This document shows, piece by piece, positions 52,910 to 62,222 of a stretch of DNA of 64,000 nt (the first letter of the stretch is position 1; every line of letters starts with the position of its first letter). Source of the DNA: an uncultured Actinomycetota bacterium. GTDB lineage: Bacteria; Actinomycetota; Actinomycetes; Actinomycetales; Microbacteriaceae. A program made the translations under genes and the position numbers. The notes below the pieces were generated by a model, which worked only from the letters and a program-made list of their open reading frames with translations, had not been told where the DNA came from and ran no database searches. Location: contig CAVUDC010000005.1 in the NCBI GenBank assembly GCA_963740165.1, positions 104,012 to 168,011 on the forward strand. The letters run 5' to 3'.

Positions 52910-53035
52910 GACACCTACGCCGACCTGTTCGACGACGATCTCGACATCGTGTCGGAGGCGCCGGGAACGGCGGCTGCATCATCCAACGTGGCCGCGATTC
53001 TGTCAGCGGCTACTCCACGCGACGACGACGCGTGA
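52910..53035 (+). pseudogene. C-terminal remnant of a tyrosine integrase
   Basis: DTYADLFDDDLDIV resembles the catalytic-Tyr tail of actinobacterial tyrosine integrases; adjacent to att. Confidence 0.7.
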
Positions 53036-53168
53036 CAACAATCGAGAGCCTTCCGGCCCCGCAAAACGTCATTCAGTTGTTGTCAAATTGTTGTGACGAA
53101 GTGAATCCCGGTGCCTTGTGACCAACCGACACCCCAGTGTTTCCAGGAGATTGATGGATCATATGCGG

Positions 53169-53241
53169 TGGGCCCCGTGGGGCTCGAACCCACGACCCGC
53201 GGATTAAAAGTCCGATGCTCTACCGACTGAGCTAGAGGCCC
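53169..53241 (-). tRNA. tRNA-Lys(TTT)
   Basis: GGGCCTC acceptor, CGGA-CTTTTAA-TCCG anticodon arm, GGTTCGAGCC T-loop. Confidence 0.96.
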
Positions 53242-53338
53242 GTATCCCACCAGCCTACTGAACGTCAGTGCGAACCAGCGCGCACGGAAGCGGCCGCCGG
53301 AACCCCCTCGCAGGTAGGTTCCGACGGCCGCGGTCGTG

Positions 53339-53376
53339 CGTGTGTCGCGTGAGCCCCCCGGATCACGCGACACACG
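53339..53376 (-). terminator. 14-bp hairpin downstream of the fasciclin gene
   Basis: CGTGTGTCGCGTGA / TCACGCGACACACG. Confidence 0.7.
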
Positions 53377-53385
53377 ATGATCCGA

Positions 53386-54045
53386 TTACATCGGGGGCAT
53401 CAGCACCGTGTCGATGAGGTACACCGTGGCGTTGGCGGTCTGGACGCCACCACAGATCACGGCGGACTCGCCGTTGACCATGATGCTGTCTCCACTGCCG
53501 GTCACCTCGAGGTCCGCACCCTGAACGGTGGTGTACGTGCCGCCGAGGTCATCGGGGACGATCTGGCCGGGGATCACGTGGTACGTCAGGATCGACGTCA
53601 GCGTGGCCGTGTCGGTCTTGAGCGCCTCGATCGTGGCGGGGTCGATCTTCGCGAACGCGTCATCGACGGGAGCGAAGACGGTGAACTCTCCACCGTTGAG
53701 TGTGTCTACCAGGTCGACCTCGGGGTTCAGCTGACCGCTGACCGCTGCGGTGAGCGTGGTCAGGATCGGGTTATTGGACGCCGCGACCGCAACGGGGTCG
53801 GCAGACATGCCCTCGACGGAGCCGGCACCATCCGGGACCTGCTCGGCGTACGCAGCGCAGCCCGCACCGACGAGGTTCGCCGCCGGGTCCATCTCCATCT
53901 CTTCGGACATCGAGGGAGTGCTCGAGGGCTCTTCCATCGAGTCGTCGGTGGCGGTTTCGGCGCCCATCGAACAAGCGCTGAGCGCAAACGTCGCCGCCAG
54001 GGCGAGCGACAGGCCGGCGGTCAGGCGCATCTTGGTACGTGACAT
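53386..54045 (-). CDS. Fasciclin-domain lipoprotein (MPT83/MPB70-like)
   Basis: Lipobox [42 protein letters not shown]. Confidence 0.92.
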   Translation of the reverse strand: MSRTKMRLTAGLSLALAATFALSACSMGAETATDDSMEEPSSTPSMSEEMEMDPAANLVGAGCAAYAEQVPDGAGSVEGMSADPVAVAASNNPILTTLTAAVSGQLNPEVDLVDTLNGGEFTVFAPVDDAFAKIDPATIEALKTDTATLTSILTYHVIPGQIVPDDLGGTYTTVQGADLEVTGSGDSIMVNGESAVICGGVQTANATVYLIDTVLMPPM

Positions 54046-54136
54046 GAGTTCCTCCTCTATGTGGGGCCGGTAGGCCCCGTGGACACATACCCCGGTGCGG
54101 GGTCCGTGCACCGCTTGATGCGGTGTTCACAGGGCC

Positions 54137-54164
54137 ATTCGGGGCTGCTCCGCGATCGGATTGG
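54137..54164 (-). promoter_or_regulatory. SigK-type promoter of the fasciclin gene
   Basis: -35 CCAATCC and -10 CCGAAT on the minus strand, similar to mycobacterial SigK promoters. Confidence 0.7.
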
Positions 54165-54234
54165 ACATCGGGCAGAAAGTTTTTCCGTTGTCCATACCCC
54201 GCGCCGGATTCCGGGGCGCAGCAATAGGTGAGGC

Positions 54235-54837
54235 ATGCTGGGACATGTGGTTATCGACGGCGTAGACGTGCCCGAGGAGGGCGGCGAAAGCGTCGACCAT
54301 GTCGGCGAGTTGTTGTCGCGCGTCTCGCAGGGCGACGAAGCCGCATTTTCGCGCCTCTACGACCTGCTCTCCCCCCGCGTATTCGGCCTCATCCTTCGTG
54401 TGCTCGTCGATCGTTCGCAGAGCGAAGAGGTCCTGCAGGAGGTTTTCCTCGAGCTCTGGCAATCCGCAGCCAAGTTCGCTCCGAACAAGGGGCAGGGAAG
54501 ATCGTGGGTACTTACCATCGCTCACCGCCGGGCCGTTGATCGTGTGCGATCGGCGCAGGCGAGTGCGGACCGGGACGTACGCGTGGGCTTCCGAGACATA
54601 GAGGTCGCTCATGACGGGGTTGCGGAACAAGTGGAGCTTCGGATCGAAGGGCAGCGGGTCGCTCAGGCGCTCGAGACCCTTCCCGATGCCCAACGGGAAG
54701 CGATCACCCTCGCGTATTACGGGGGTTACAGTCAGAGCGAGATCGCGGCCCTCGTCGGGGCGCCGCTCGGAACGGTCAAGACGAGAATGCGAGACGGGCT
54801 GACCCGTCTCAGAGGAGAATTGGGGGTGACGACATGA
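54235..54837 (+). CDS. sigK: ECF sigma factor SigK
   Basis: EEVLQEVF, TIAHRRAVDRVRS, LGTVKTRMRDGL; next to rskA and the fasciclin gene. Confidence 0.88.
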   Translation: MLGHVVIDGVDVPEEGGESVDHVGELLSRVSQGDEAAFSRLYDLLSPRVFGLILRVLVDRSQSEEVLQEVFLELWQSAAKFAPNKGQGRSWVLTIAHRRAVDRVRSAQASADRDVRVGFRDIEVAHDGVAEQVELRIEGQRVAQALETLPDAQREAITLAYYGGYSQSEIAALVGAPLGTVKTRMRDGLTRLRGELGVTT

Positions 54838-55601
54838 ACGAGCACGAATTCGCAGAACTGGCCGCGGGACACGCGCTCAACGCGCTGAGCCCCGAGGACG
54901 AGGCCGCGTTCGTCGCCGCCCTCGCGGAGCATCCCGAGTGGGAGCACCACGCGTATTCGGATGCCGCCACGGTCGCCGCGCTCTCGGACTCCGTCGCCGA
55001 AGTGTCGCCGCCCCCTGCCCTGCGCACCGATCTGCTGGCGCGGATCGCCTCGGTGCAGCAGGATCATCCCGCACAGGTCGCCGCTCCCGCCTCGAGTCTG
55101 GAGTCCCCGGCCGCCGTCCCGGACGAGCCGCGTCGGCGCAGTTGGGGCCCGCGTGCCTGGTTCGCGCTCGCCGCATCCCTCGTCCTTCTCGTCGGAGTCG
55201 GCGGCGGAGCGGTCGTCCTCGCGCAGCAGCTGAATCGCCCGGTGGCGGTGGTGGCCCTCGAGCGCATCGAGGCAGCGCCCGACGGTCAAGAAGCGTCGAC
55301 GACGCTTGCAGACGGGGGCCAAGCGACGGTCCACTGGTCGGAGTCCGTCGGTGAGGTGGTTTTCGTCTCGGACGGCTTGCCCACGCTGAGCGATGACCAA
55401 AGCTATGAACTCTGGTTCGTGCGGGATTCGGGTGCGATCGCCGCGGGTGTGTTCGAGGCCGGGGGTGACGGCGATGCGACCGCGCTGTTGGCCGGATCGA
55501 TGAGCCCCGGCGATATCATCGCTGTGACTGTCGAGCCCGCGGGCGGCTCGCCGACGGGTGAGCCGACGAGCGATCCGATCCTCGCTATTCCCACGGCCTG
55601 A
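54834..55601 (+). CDS. rskA: Anti-sigma-K factor
   Basis: N-terminal anti-sigma domain, one TM, YELW, AVTVEPAGGS..PT. Confidence 0.88.
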   Translation: MNEHEFAELAAGHALNALSPEDEAAFVAALAEHPEWEHHAYSDAATVAALSDSVAEVSPPPALRTDLLARIASVQQDHPAQVAAPASSLESPAAVPDEPRRRSWGPRAWFALAASLVLLVGVGGGAVVLAQQLNRPVAVVALERIEAAPDGQEASTTLADGGQATVHWSESVGEVVFVSDGLPTLSDDQSYELWFVRDSGAIAAGVFEAGGDGDATALLAGSMSPGDIIAVTVEPAGGSPTGEPTSDPILAIPTA

Positions 55602-55684
55602 CGCGTTCTCTGCCCGCGTTGAGTTGCGCGGCGCGCGAACGCTCCGGCGGCTCTCGTCCCATACGTCGCGGGTAGCCTGGATGG

Positions 55685-56326
55685 ATGAGTGACGCCACCG
55701 GCCCCGGATTCCACAAGCCGGTACGACGCCCCTCCGACGTCTTCGACCGCCTGTTCGGCACCGAGGATCCTGCCGAGGTTTCGCGCGTCGCCCATTCGAC
55801 CGCCGCGGCGCTCCTCTCGCGCGTTCGCGAGGAGCCGGATGCCTCGGTGGTCGACCGCCTCGTGCAGTTCACCGATCTGCACGGTATCCACGACATCGCC
55901 GAGCTGTGGTCGCGCTCGCCCGCGCGGACCCTCCCCGGAACGCTGTGGCGCCTGTACCTGCTGCAGCTCATGATCCATGACGACCCTCGGACCGCTGCCC
56001 TCCTGTTCGAGCGCGGGCGAGTGGAGCTGTCAACGGCGGACGTCGTCGTCGCGGGTGCTCCCGCCCCCGCTGGCCCGGAAGAGCTCGTTGAGCTGTCGGA
56101 TAAGATCTTGCGCGGCGTTTTCGAGGGTGACTTCGGTGTCGCGCTCGACCGCGCGGCTGCCTTCTGCCGGATCGAAGCGGATGGCGCGACCCGGCTCGCG
56201 GACGACTACGAACGTACCGAGCCAGAGCGTGCGACAGACCTCACCGCGCGGGCACTCAGACTGTCGGCATTCGCCGCAGATCTGACCGCGGCGGCCTCGC
56301 TGTGGCGGCGCGACACGCTGAACTGA
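55685..56326 (+). CDS. Conserved actinobacterial hypothetical protein
   Basis: IAELWS...LPGTLWRLY, GDFGVALDRAAAF; -10 TAGCCT upstream. Confidence 0.72.
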   Translation: MSDATGPGFHKPVRRPSDVFDRLFGTEDPAEVSRVAHSTAAALLSRVREEPDASVVDRLVQFTDLHGIHDIAELWSRSPARTLPGTLWRLYLLQLMIHDDPRTAALLFERGRVELSTADVVVAGAPAPAGPEELVELSDKILRGVFEGDFGVALDRAAAFCRIEADGATRLADDYERTEPERATDLTARALRLSAFAADLTAAASLWRRDTLN

Positions 56327-56354
56327 GCGCCGCCCGGCCTGCGGGCAGAGAAGT

Positions 56355-56433
56355 GCCGGGCCGCAGAACGCCTCACGGCGCGGAGCCGCTCGGAGCGGCA
56401 GATTATGGAGCCCGGGGTTACTGCGGCCCGGCT
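56355..56433 (-). ncRNA. Candidate ~80-nt structured small RNA
   Basis: 12-bp closing stem plus two internal hairpins; -10 TACACT at 56439-56444. Confidence 0.55.
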
Positions 56434-56493
56434 GTTCCAGTGTAACGCAGCCCTCGCGGCGGCTATTCCGACCGGGCGCCGTAGGCTCGGGGG

Positions 56494-57378
56494 ATGGCAA
56501 CGCGCTTCGCGCTCATCATCGAGCCAACGGCATCCGACGACACCCGATCCGACTTCTCGGCGACCTTCACACAAGTGGACGCGTCCGCGCCGGCGCTCAG
56601 CGTCGGTGAGCTGAGTACCCAGCGCGGCGACGGCATCTTCGAATCGATCGGTGTCGTCGACAGTCACCCGCAAGAGGTCGCGGCGCATCTGGAGCGGTTC
56701 GTGCGTTCGGCCGAGATCTGCGATCTGCCGATGCCGAACGTTGAGCAGTGGCGTCAGGCCATCGATGCCGCCGCGGCGTTATGCGGCCCGGGGGAGTGGG
56801 TCGTGAAGACCATTCTGAGCCGTGGGGTCGAGCATGGGCCCGCGCCGACAGCCTGGGTCACCGCGGCCGACGCCGCGGACTTCTCGAGGCCACGGCGCGA
56901 GGGGATCGCTGTCGTCACGCTCGACCGAGGGTTCGACCTGAACGCGCCCGCCCGCGCACCGTGGTTGCTGCTCGGCGCGAAGACCCTGTCATATGCGGTG
57001 AACATGGCGTCGTTGCGCGAGGCGCACAAGCGCGGCGCGGACGATGCGATCTTCGTCTCGTCGGACGGGTTCGTGCTCGAGGCACCCACCGCATCCGTCA
57101 TCCTGCGTTTCGGCGACGTGTTCGTCACCCCGGAGCCAACGGGGGGAATCCTGCACGGCACGACCCAGCTGAGCGCGTTCGCGTGGCTCGAGGGGCAAGG
57201 TTTTGCAACCGTCTATCGTGATGTGCGCACGAGTGAGCTGGCAGCGGCGGAAGCCGGATGGCTCGTGTCGAGCGTGCGTCTGGCGGCTCCCATTCGACGG
57301 ATCGATGAGGCGGATGTGCCGCTCGATCACGAACTGACCGACGCGCTTAACGCGTACCTGCTGTCGCCGCGCGAATAG
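56494..57378 (+). CDS. Class IV aminotransferase / aminodeoxychorismate lyase
   Basis: RGDGIFE, HLERF, GAKTLSYA, LEAPTA, ILHGTT, SSVR. Confidence 0.88.
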   Translation: MATRFALIIEPTASDDTRSDFSATFTQVDASAPALSVGELSTQRGDGIFESIGVVDSHPQEVAAHLERFVRSAEICDLPMPNVEQWRQAIDAAAALCGPGEWVVKTILSRGVEHGPAPTAWVTAADAADFSRPRREGIAVVTLDRGFDLNAPARAPWLLLGAKTLSYAVNMASLREAHKRGADDAIFVSSDGFVLEAPTASVILRFGDVFVTPEPTGGILHGTTQLSAFAWLEGQGFATVYRDVRTSELAAAEAGWLVSSVRLAAPIRRIDEADVPLDHELTDALNAYLLSPRE

Positions 57379-57380
57379 GA

Positions 57381-58160
57381 CTATCCGAAGCGACCCGAGA
57401 CGTAGTCTTCGGTTGCCTGGACGGTCGGCGTGGTGAAGATCGTGCGGGTGTCGTCGTACTCGATGAGCTTGCCGGGCTTGCCGGTGCCCGCGATGTTGAA
57501 GAAGGCAGTGCGGTCGGAGACGCGCGAGGCCTGCTGCATGTTGTGCGTGACGATGACGATCGTGTACTCGGACTTCAGCTCGCCGATCAGCTCTTCGATC
57601 GCATAGGTAGAGATCGGGTCGAGGGCCGAGCACGGCTCGTCCATGAGCAGCACATCCGGCGATACGGCGATCGCGCGGGCGATACACAGGCGCTGTTGCT
57701 GCCCACCCGAGAGACCGGAGCCGGGGCGGTCGAGGCGATCCTTGACCTCGTTCCAGAGGTTCGCCCCCGTGAGCGACTTCTCGACGAGGGCGTCGGCGTC
57801 GCTCTTGTTGATGCGCTTGTTGTTCAACTTGACGCCGGCGAGCACGTTCTCGCGAATCGACATGGTCGGGAACGGGTTGGGGCGCTGGAACACCATGCCG
57901 ACCTGTCGACGCACGAGCACCGGGTCGACTCCGGGACCGTAGAGGTCGGCACCGTCGAGCAGAACCTGTCCCTCGACGTAGGCGCCGGGGATGACCTCGT
58001 GCATGCGGTTGAGGGTGCGCAGGAACGTCGACTTGCCGCATCCGGACGGACCGATGAAGGCTGTGACGCTCCGGGGTTCGATCTCGAGGGCGACTCCCTC
58101 GACGGCGAGAAAGTCGCCGTAGTAGACGTTCAGATCGTGGACTTCGATGCTCTTGGACAC
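57381..58160 (-). CDS. pstB: Phosphate ABC transporter ATPase
   Basis: [38 protein letters not shown]. Confidence 0.96.
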   Translation of the reverse strand: MSKSIEVHDLNVYYGDFLAVEGVALEIEPRSVTAFIGPSGCGKSTFLRTLNRMHEVIPGAYVEGQVLLDGADLYGPGVDPVLVRRQVGMVFQRPNPFPTMSIRENVLAGVKLNNKRINKSDADALVEKSLTGANLWNEVKDRLDRPGSGLSGGQQQRLCIARAIAVSPDVLLMDEPCSALDPISTYAIEELIGELKSEYTIVIVTHNMQQASRVSDRTAFFNIAGTGKPGKLIEYDDTRTIFTTPTVQATEDYVSGRFG

Positions 58161-58197
58161 GTGTTCCTCAGAATGTTTCAGGTGGAGGCGGGATGGG

Positions 58198-59292
58198 TCA
58201 GCGGCCGAACTTCGGAGCGAAGAGGCGTGCGATGAGGCGGGCGATGAGGTTGAGTGCCATCACGATGACGATCAGGACGAACGCCGCGGCCCAGGCGCGG
58301 TTGATGTAGGCCTCGGCCGGGATGCCCTGGTTCATGTACTGCGAGTACGCGAACACGGGCAGCGTCATCATGCGCCCCTCGAAGAGGTTGTAGTTCATCG
58401 AGGTCGTCACACCCGCCGTGATCAGCAGGGGAGCGGTCTCACCAATGACGCGCGCGACCGAGAGCATGATTCCGGTGGTTATGCCGGCGATGGATGTCGG
58501 CAGAACGACCTTCACGATCGTGAGCCATTTGGGCACGCCGAGCGCGTATGACGCTTCGCGCAACTCGTTGGGAACGAGTCGCAGCATCTCTTCGCTGGAG
58601 CGAACGACGACCGGGATCATCAAGACCGACAGTGCCACGGCGCCCATGATGCCGAGCCGGATGCCCGGACCGAAGAAGAGCGCGAACACCGCGAAGGCGA
58701 ACAGACCGGCGACGATCGAGGGGATACCCGTCATGACGTCGACCAGGAACGTGATGCCCTGCGCGAGCTTTCCGCGCCCGTACTCGACGAGGTAGATCGC
58801 CGTGAACAGACCGATCGGGATCGAGATGATGGCCGCAGCCAGGGTGACGAGAAGTGTGCCGATGATCGCGTGCAGCGCCCCGCCGCCGTCACCGACGACA
58901 TTGCGCATCGACGATGTGAAGAAGTCAGCGGAAATACCCGCGACACCGTTGGTGACGACGGTGAAGCCGAGCGAGATGAGAGGCACCATTGCCAGCGCGA
59001 AGGCCGCCGTCACGATTCCCGTGACCAGGCGATCGACCGCCTTTCGGCGTCCCTCGACCATGCTCGAGATGACCGTGATGAGCACGAGGTAGAGCAGCAC
59101 GGCGACGACGGCGAAGCCGGCGATGTTGAACCCGGCGCCGCTGGCGATGCCGAGTACGGCGAAGAGGATGGCGCTGACCACAGCGCTGAGGGCGAGGACG
59201 CCCCAGGGGGAGCCCTGGGGAAGGCGACCGTTGGTGAGTCCGCTGGACGCCGCGGGCGCGGTCGAAGACGAGGGAGCAGTCGTGAGGGTCAT
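58198..59292 (-). CDS. pstA: Phosphate ABC transporter permease
   Basis: [27 protein letters not shown]. Confidence 0.94.
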   Translation of the reverse strand: MTLTTAPSSSTAPAASSGLTNGRLPQGSPWGVLALSAVVSAILFAVLGIASGAGFNIAGFAVVAVLLYLVLITVISSMVEGRRKAVDRLVTGIVTAAFALAMVPLISLGFTVVTNGVAGISADFFTSSMRNVVGDGGGALHAIIGTLLVTLAAAIISIPIGLFTAIYLVEYGRGKLAQGITFLVDVMTGIPSIVAGLFAFAVFALFFGPGIRLGIMGAVALSVLMIPVVVRSSEEMLRLVPNELREASYALGVPKWLTIVKVVLPTSIAGITTGIMLSVARVIGETAPLLITAGVTTSMNYNLFEGRMMTLPVFAYSQYMNQGIPAEAYINRAWAAAFVLIVIVMALNLIARLIARLFAPKFGR

Positions 59293-59293
59293 G

Positions 59294-60235
59294 TCAGTTG
59301 GCTCCCGAGAATTCCTTGCGGCGGTTGACGATGTATCGCGCGAGGGCGTTCACCGCGAATGTCACGATGAACAGGATCAGCCCCGTGGCGATCAGCACGT
59401 TGATGTTCGTGCCATAGGCCTCGGGGAACGTGAGGGCGATGTTCGCCGGGATCGTGCTCGGGTTCTCAGGAGTGAGTAGCCGGAAGGTGACGATGCCGGT
59501 TGCGGAGAGCACCAGGGCAACCGCCATCGTCTCTCCGAGGGCGCGGCCGAGCCCCAGCATCGATGCGGACACGATGCCGCTGCGGCCGAAGGGGAAGACG
59601 GCCATCCGGACCATCTCCCAGCGCGTTGCGCCGAGGGCGAGCGCGGCTTCTTCGTGCAGGATCGGGGTTTGGAGGAAGATCTCGCGGCAGATGGCGGTGA
59701 TGATCGGCACGACCATGACGGCGAGCACCATTGCGGCGGTGAAGATCGTGCGGCCTGTGCTGGAAACCGGGCCGGCGAAGAGGGGGAACCATCCCGCGTT
59801 GTCGACGAGCCAGGTGTAGATGGGCTGAACGGCCGGCGCGAGTACGAGGATCCCCCAGAGGCCGAAAACGACCGAGGGAACCGCTGCAAGCAGGTCGACG
59901 ATGTAGCCGAGGCCCTGTGCAAGTCGACGCGGGGCGTAGTGCGAGATGAAGAGGGCGACGGCCACCGAGAGGGGCACGGCCATCAGCAGGGCAAGGAATG
60001 ATGCCCAGATCGTTCCGAACAGGAGAGGCCAGACGTAGTCCCAGAAATTCGTGCTGAGGATGGAGGCATCCTCGCTCGTTGCCGAGATGCCGGGAAGCGA
60101 CTGAATCACGAGGAACACTGTCACGGCCGCGAGGGTGACGAGGATCATCGATCCAGCAAAGAGGGCGGTTCCCGAGAACCAGCGGTCGCCTGGGCGCTGC
60201 TTCGCCTTGACGGCGGGGGGCGCGGTGGTGGTCAT
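59294..60235 (-). CDS. pstC: Phosphate ABC transporter permease
   Basis: AVPSVVFGLWG, EAALALGATRWE, GRALGETMAV. Confidence 0.94.
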   Translation of the reverse strand: MTTTAPPAVKAKQRPGDRWFSGTALFAGSMILVTLAAVTVFLVIQSLPGISATSEDASILSTNFWDYVWPLLFGTIWASFLALLMAVPLSVAVALFISHYAPRRLAQGLGYIVDLLAAVPSVVFGLWGILVLAPAVQPIYTWLVDNAGWFPLFAGPVSSTGRTIFTAAMVLAVMVVPIITAICREIFLQTPILHEEAALALGATRWEMVRMAVFPFGRSGIVSASMLGLGRALGETMAVALVLSATGIVTFRLLTPENPSTIPANIALTFPEAYGTNINVLIATGLILFIVTFAVNALARYIVNRRKEFSGAN

Positions 60236-60313
60236 CTCATCCTGTTCTCGGTATTGCCTGGCGGCGTGAGAGGTATGGCCGGCCCGCGATTGTTCGCGGG
60301 CCGGCCATGGGTA

Positions 60314-61420
60314 TTACTCGACGACGATGAGGTCCAGAGCGGCCTGCATGTTGTCGCGCTGCGTGTCCGAGATCGGGGCGCTGCCGGCTGCTGCTGCCGC
60401 CTCGTCCTGGCCCTCGGGGCTGATGACGTACTCGAGGAAGCCCTTGACCAGCGGCGCGGTGGCGGCGTCGACGTACTCCTCGCACGCGATCATGTAGCTG
60501 ACCAGGACGATCGGGTACGCGGCCTCGTCGGGTGTGCGGTCGAGGTCGATGGCGAGGTCACCGTCGGTGCGGCCTTCGGCGCGGGGCGAGAGGTCGACGA
60601 TCGCGGCAGCGGCCTCGGGCGAGAATGAGACGAACTCTTCGCCGATCTGCACCGCGACAGTGCCGAAGCCCTCTGCGCGCGACGCGTCGGCGTACGTGAT
60701 CGCGCCCTGTCCCGCCTCGACGGCGGAGACGACACCCGACGTACCCTGAGCTGCCTCGCCGGTGACGGGGGTGGCGGGCCATTCGCCGTCGGCCTCGTAC
60801 GTCCACACCTCGGGTGCGGCCTGGGCGAGGTAGTCGGTGAAGTTCTCGGTCGTGCCCGAGTCGTCGGCGCGGTGCACCGGCGTCACGGCCAGGTCGGGAA
60901 GGGTGACGCCCTCGTTGAGAGCGGCGATCGCCGGGTCGTTCCAGTTGGTGATCGTGCCGGCGAACAGGCCCGCGATGGTCGCCGGGTCCATGTTCAAGGT
61001 GTCGATGCCATCGATGTTGAAGATGATCGCGATCGGAGAGATGTACGAGGGGATCTCGATGATGCCCGTGCCTTCGACGCAGCCGTCGAAGGGTCCTTCA
61101 GCGATCTCGTCTGTCGTGAACGCGCGGTCCGAGCCGGCGAAGCCGACGGCTCCGGCCTGGAATGACTCGCGGCCGGCGCCGGAGCCCGACGGGTCGTAGC
61201 TGACGGTGACGCCCTCGTTGAGCATCTGGAAGCCGGCCGACCAGGCCTGGACGGCTACTTCCTGCGCGGACGATCCTGCGCCGACGAGCTCGCCGGTGAG
61301 GTTGCTTTCGTTGGGCTGTTCGCTCGTGCTGCCGCCGGCCTCGTTCGAGGCGCAGCCGGCAAGGGCAAGGGCGGCGACGGCGCTGATGGCCGCAATCCGC
61401 GAGATTCGGGTGATCTTCAC
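60314..61420 (-). CDS. pstS: Phosphate-binding lipoprotein
   Basis: Lipobox LAGC, GAGSS, GSGAG, RADDSGTT, YPIV. Confidence 0.94.
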   Translation of the reverse strand: MKITRISRIAAISAVAALALAGCASNEAGGSTSEQPNESNLTGELVGAGSSAQEVAVQAWSAGFQMLNEGVTVSYDPSGSGAGRESFQAGAVGFAGSDRAFTTDEIAEGPFDGCVEGTGIIEIPSYISPIAIIFNIDGIDTLNMDPATIAGLFAGTITNWNDPAIAALNEGVTLPDLAVTPVHRADDSGTTENFTDYLAQAAPEVWTYEADGEWPATPVTGEAAQGTSGVVSAVEAGQGAITYADASRAEGFGTVAVQIGEEFVSFSPEAAAAIVDLSPRAEGRTDGDLAIDLDRTPDEAAYPIVLVSYMIACEEYVDAATAPLVKGFLEYVISPEGQDEAAAAAGSAPISDTQRDNMQAALDLIVVE

Positions 61421-61511
61421 TGTGTTTCCGTTCGATCCGTTGACAGGACGTGTCCCGGTGCAGGGCACACAGCGACGGTAGGAGCGACGCCTTAAGAGAG
61501 TGGGCCAGAGT

Positions 61512-61529
61512 GGTGAACGGAAGGTGAAC
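61512..61529 (-). promoter_or_regulatory. PHO-box-like direct repeats
   Basis: GTTCACC twice at 11-bp spacing upstream of pstS; a third copy on the + strand at 61551-61557. Confidence 0.72.
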
Positions 61530-61579
61530 GGGATCGGGCGCGGCGGGAGCGTTCACCGGGGCGGAATATGCTGTGCGGC

Positions 61580-62221
61580 ATGCCCCAGACCAGCAAAAAA
61601 GAGCAGGCCGCGCGAGCGGCGATCGACGACGCGGCGAAGGTCGCGAAGCAGGCTCGCAAGGCCGCGAAGGACTTCCCGCCGAAGGCAGCCGAGAAGGTGC
61701 GCGAGCTCGCGGCCGAGGCGGAAGCACGAGCGGATGTCTCGAAGAAGACTCTGCGCAAGAAGCCCGCAAAGGTCGCGGCCAAGGCGAAGGACGCCGCCGC
61801 GGAGGTACGCAAGGCCATGGCGGCCGCGTTCGCGAAGGTCGAGCGCAAGGCTGTACTGAGGGCCGCGGCCGAGCGTGCCGCGGCTGATGCTGCGCGGGCG
61901 GAGGCGGAAGCACAGGAACAAGCCGCGTCTGCCAAGGCCCTGAAGAAGGCGTCCGCGAAGGCGGACAAGGCAGCCCGTCGCGCAGCCGACGAGGCCGACG
62001 AGGCCGTGGCAGCTCTCGAGCCGGGGGACGTTCCGGCGGACGAGCCGGAGCACAGCGACCCCGCCGCGGCACCCGGGGAAGGATCCGATGCGTCCGCCGC
62101 TGCCGCCCCGGACCTCGCTGGCCTGTCTGTCGCCGACCTGCGCGTCCGCGCCCGGGAGTCCGGACGCACCGGCTACTCGCGCTTGACCAAGGCGCAGCTG
62201 ATCGACCTCCTCTCGAGCTGA
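61580..62221 (+). CDS. Ala/Lys-rich protein with C-terminal Rho-N-like domain
   Basis: AK-rich helical body; LSVADLRVRARESGRTGYSRLTKAQLI tail. Confidence 0.75.
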   Translation: MPQTSKKEQAARAAIDDAAKVAKQARKAAKDFPPKAAEKVRELAAEAEARADVSKKTLRKKPAKVAAKAKDAAAEVRKAMAAAFAKVERKAVLRAAAERAAADAARAEAEAQEQAASAKALKKASAKADKAARRAADEADEAVAALEPGDVPADEPEHSDPAAAPGEGSDASAAAAPDLAGLSVADLRVRARESGRTGYSRLTKAQLIDLLSS

Positions 62222-62222
62222 C

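Larger units (their letters stand above)
47886..53194. mobile_element. Decayed integrative element in tRNA-Lys, bounded by 27-bp direct repeats
   Basis: GTGGGCCCCGTGGGGCTCGAACCCACG at 47886-47912 and 53168-53194 (tRNA 3' end). Confidence 0.85.

Noticed and set aside
55685-56326. Label 'RNA polymerase beta subunit', which I recall being attached to similar proteins
   Set aside because: Only 213 aa with no RpoB motifs; kept as hypothetical
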